Positions 61,461-64,000 of a DNA stretch of 64,000 nt are shown one piece after another; within the stretch, counting starts at the first letter, position 1, and every line of letters starts with the position of its first letter. The position numbers were made by a program, and so were the translations under genes. Source of the stretch: an uncultured Desulfosarcina sp. GTDB taxonomy: Bacteria; Desulfobacterota; Desulfobacteria; Desulfobacterales; Desulfosarcinaceae. The notes under the pieces are model-generated. The model was given only the letters and a program-made list of their open reading frames with translations, ran no database searches and had not been told where the DNA came from. Location: NCBI GenBank assembly GCA_963674945.2, contig CAXXWQ010000004.1, positions 1,376,001 to 1,440,000 of the forward strand. The letters run 5' to 3'.

Positions 61461-62036
61461 TTACGCATCGGGAATCATTTTCAGAAAATTTCGCAACAGC
61501 CGCTTTCCCACCGGGGTCATGATGGATTCGGGATGAAATTGAATGCCCTCGGTGGGGTGGGTACGATGGCGCAGCCCCATGATTTCCCCATCTTCCGAAG
61601 TGGCGGTTACCGTAAGGCACTCCGGCAGACTCTCTCTTTCCACCGCCAGGCTGTGATAGCGCATGGCCTGAAAGGCCTTTTGGATTCCGGTGAAAATCCC
61701 CTTTCCGTCTCCGGTAATTTCCGAGGTCTTTCCGTGCATCAGCCGTTTCGCGGCGATCACCGCGCCACCGAAGGCATGGGCAATGGACTGGTGCCCCAGA
61801 CAGACGCCGAGGATGGGGATATGGCCGGAAAATTTCGCAATCACATCCAAGGAGATGCCCGCAGAGGCGGGACGACCCGGTCCCGGTGAGATGACGATGG
61901 CCGCAGGCGACAGGGTTTGGATTTCGCCCACGGTGATCGCATCGTTCCGCGCCACGCGCACGTCTTCCCCGATCTGCCTGAGATATTGAACGAGGTTGTA
62001 GGTAAACGAATCGTAATTGTCGATCATGAGAATCAT
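61461..62036 (-). CDS. trpG: Anthranilate synthase component II
   Basis: IDNYDSFTYNL, SPGPG, GVCLGHQ, RYHSL, QFHPES. Confidence 0.96.
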   Translation of the reverse strand: MILMIDNYDSFTYNLVQYLRQIGEDVRVARNDAITVGEIQTLSPAAIVISPGPGRPASAGISLDVIAKFSGHIPILGVCLGHQSIAHAFGGAVIAAKRLMHGKTSEITGDGKGIFTGIQKAFQAMRYHSLAVERESLPECLTVTATSEDGEIMGLRHRTHPTEGIQFHPESIMTPVGKRLLRNFLKMIPDA

Positions 62037-63541
62037 GATGTCACCCCTTTCTTCGGATGGATGAGTTCCAGGGCCCGTTGAATGGCCATTGCCTTGTTGA
62101 TCGTTTCCATCCGTTCGGTCTCCGGGTCCGAGTCGGCCACGATACCCGCGCCTGCACGAACGGTAAGGACGCCGTTTTCGATGCATGCCGTCCGAATGGT
62201 AATGGCCAGGTCCATGTTGCCGGAAAACGATACATACCCCACCGCCCCGCCATACGGTCCCCGGGGACTTTGTTCCAGTTCATCGATGATCTCCATGGCA
62301 CGAACCTTGGGGGCCCCGGAGAGTGTGCCCGCCGGAAACGAAGCGCGCAACAGGTCCCAGGCGTCATGCCTGTCCTCCAGATCGCAGTTGATGTTGGAGA
62401 CCAGGTGCATGACGTGGCTGTACCGTTCCACCACCATCAGGTCCGTCACCTGGACCGTGCCGGTCTGGGCCACGCGTCCCAGATCGTTCCGCCCTAAATC
62501 CACCAGCATCAGGTGCTCGGCGCGCTCCTTTTCATCGGCCAGAAGCTCGGCGGCGAGCGCCCGGTCTTCCTGCTCGCTCCTTCCCCTGGGACGGGTGCCG
62601 GCGATGGGCCGCAGGGTGGCGACGCGGTTTTCCAGCCGTACCATGGTTTCCGGTGAAGAGCCCACCAGCGCCATCCCGTCGAAATGAAAAAAGTACAGAT
62701 AGGGAGAGGGATTTACGTACCGCTGGGAACGATACAAGGAGATGACCTCTTCGGGTGCGCCGCATTCGAAGGGCTGGGATATGACCGTTTGGATCACATC
62801 GCCATCTTGAATATACGCTTTCACTCTCTTCACCTGAGACCGGAAGGCCTCCGGTGCGATCACAGGGGTGATGACAAGTTGTTTTTCGCCGTCAATCGGT
62901 ACCGAATCCACCACGGCTTTCGTCATCTTTCGTTCCATGACATCGAGCCGGGCGAGGGTGTCGTCATAGGCCTTGCCCATATCGGCAAAATCATCGATAA
63001 AGGCGATGGCCACACAAATCAAGGTGTTTTTGATGTTATCGAATATCAGCAGTTCGTCACAGAGCATGAAATGGGCAAGGGGTTGGTCCGCCGGCAGCCG
63101 GTTTGGAATTTTCTCGAAAAAAGAAACCATCTCATAGGTGAGATACCCCACCAGTCCGCCCCAGAATCTGGGAAGATCGGTCACCTGCGCCGGTTTGAAC
63201 CGGCCCATGAAGTCCCGGAGGGTGGCAAGGGGATCACCGCCATGGTCGATCCTCTCCTCCCGGCCGTTTTTGGCGATCATGACCCGATCGGAAAAGACCC
63301 GCACCTGGCTTTTTGCCGAAATTCCCAGGAAACTATAGCGGCCCCATTTTTCCCCCCCCTCCACACTTTCCAGAAGAAAGATGGGTGTTTGCGGCCCCGA
63401 ACCATTGCCATCGTAACATTTCTTTAAAAGCGATACGGGCGTCTCCATATCCGCCAGAATCTCACGACAGGCGGGAATCACATTACAGGTACGGGCCATT
63501 TGATCAAACTGCGCCCGCGTGGGAAATGCCTTGAGTCTCAT
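62033..63541 (-). CDS. trpE: Anthranilate synthase component I
   Basis: Trp-feedback motifs LLES and NPSPY, plus PIAGTR, EHLMLVDLGRND, GAPKVRAM. SD AAGGAG. Confidence 0.97.
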   Translation of the reverse strand: MRLKAFPTRAQFDQMARTCNVIPACREILADMETPVSLLKKCYDGNGSGPQTPIFLLESVEGGEKWGRYSFLGISAKSQVRVFSDRVMIAKNGREERIDHGGDPLATLRDFMGRFKPAQVTDLPRFWGGLVGYLTYEMVSFFEKIPNRLPADQPLAHFMLCDELLIFDNIKNTLICVAIAFIDDFADMGKAYDDTLARLDVMERKMTKAVVDSVPIDGEKQLVITPVIAPEAFRSQVKRVKAYIQDGDVIQTVISQPFECGAPEEVISLYRSQRYVNPSPYLYFFHFDGMALVGSSPETMVRLENRVATLRPIAGTRPRGRSEQEDRALAAELLADEKERAEHLMLVDLGRNDLGRVAQTGTVQVTDLMVVERYSHVMHLVSNINCDLEDRHDAWDLLRASFPAGTLSGAPKVRAMEIIDELEQSPRGPYGGAVGYVSFSGNMDLAITIRTACIENGVLTVRAGAGIVADSDPETERMETINKAMAIQRALELIHPKKGVTS

Positions 63542-63562
63542 CGTTTCTCCTTCGTTTCCAAT

Positions 63563-63593
63563 AAAAAAGGCCGCGGTGACACCCACGACCTTT
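63563..63593 (-). terminator. trp attenuator terminator hairpin
   Basis: AAAGGUCGUGG-gugUCA-CCGCGGCC-UUUUUU, about 20 nt before the trpE start. Confidence 0.85.
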
Positions 63594-63653
63594 ATCTCTT
63601 GCCATCGCGGGCATCGAACGATGTGCCCGCGATCCTTATTTTTCCTTGCGTGT

Positions 63654-63758
63654 TTACCGAAACGGGATCCGAAGGGCACTATGACGGGGCCATCGCCACC
63701 ACAGCCACGCGTCGCACATCCCGAGATGGAAGCTACTGCATGCCCTTGTCAAATCCAT
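63654..63758 (-). CDS. trpL: trp operon leader peptide (34 aa)
   Basis: MDLTRACSSFHLGMCDAWLWWRWPRHSALRIPFR: 4 Trp within 6 codons, SD GGAGGAG, upstream of the terminator and trpE. Confidence 0.88.
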   Translation of the reverse strand: MDLTRACSSFHLGMCDAWLWWRWPRHSALRIPFR

Positions 63759-63792
63759 TGATCGTCTCCTCCGATGTTGTCGATTCCGGTCC

Positions 63793-63821
63793 TATGTAAG
63801 GGGTTTTTCCCACGGTGTCAA
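63793..63821 (-). promoter_or_regulatory. Putative trp promoter
   Basis: TTGACA-17nt-TACATA on the minus strand upstream of trpL. The -10 is weak. Confidence 0.4.
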
Positions 63822-64000
63822 GATTTTTTTGTTCTTATGGATAGAAACAAGGTTAAAATCCGGGTCCAGAGGGTCCGGCTCTGGGCTCCCCTGAAGTGGG
63901 AGATGCACTGCGATCACTCTTAAGCCACAGGAGTCAGAAGTGATACGCAAGTGCACGAAAGTTGCATATTGCATAGGTCGCAGGTGGATACCGGAAGGCT

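Noticed and set aside
63951..63966. Sigma54 promoter-like GTGCACGAAAGTTGCA
   Set aside because: The invariant -24 GG is TG here, so it is not supportable.

Overview
A mostly core-genome window from a GC-rich anaerobe; the protein set suggests a Desulfobacterales-like member of Desulfobacterota (inference). Housekeeping blocks: rne/rng (partial), yajC-secDF-dprA-topA, tex-dtd, rluD-carD, ispE-tRNA-Gln-prs-rplY-pth-hppA, serA, an acyl-CoA ligase, grpE-dnaK, tilS-ftsH-folP-ybbR-coaX, yggT-divIVA-pilT-pilU, proC-doxX-ccdA-thioredoxin, divergent nrdJ / nrdDG, thiD, a NifA-like activator, dinB, an M42 peptidase and trpEGDCF-nfo. Features missing from the ORF track: (1) a Trp-rich leader peptide with a five-segment attenuator before trpE; (2) a long, Alu-domain-containing SRP RNA; (3) four NrdR boxes in two pairs, each spaced 31 bp; (4) a small accessory islet with a HipA-like remnant and an uncharacterised, apparently autoregulated RHH-like plus coiled-coil gene pair, which is the best candidate for an undescribed system; (5) a type III restriction-modification locus collapsed by deletions and coupled to a SEC-C/MbcA-like gene; (6) several families of short intergenic palindromic repeats, including one nested insertion. 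No CRISPR array, rRNA, intact transposase or prophage was seen. Family assignments come from motif recognition only; no database searches were run.
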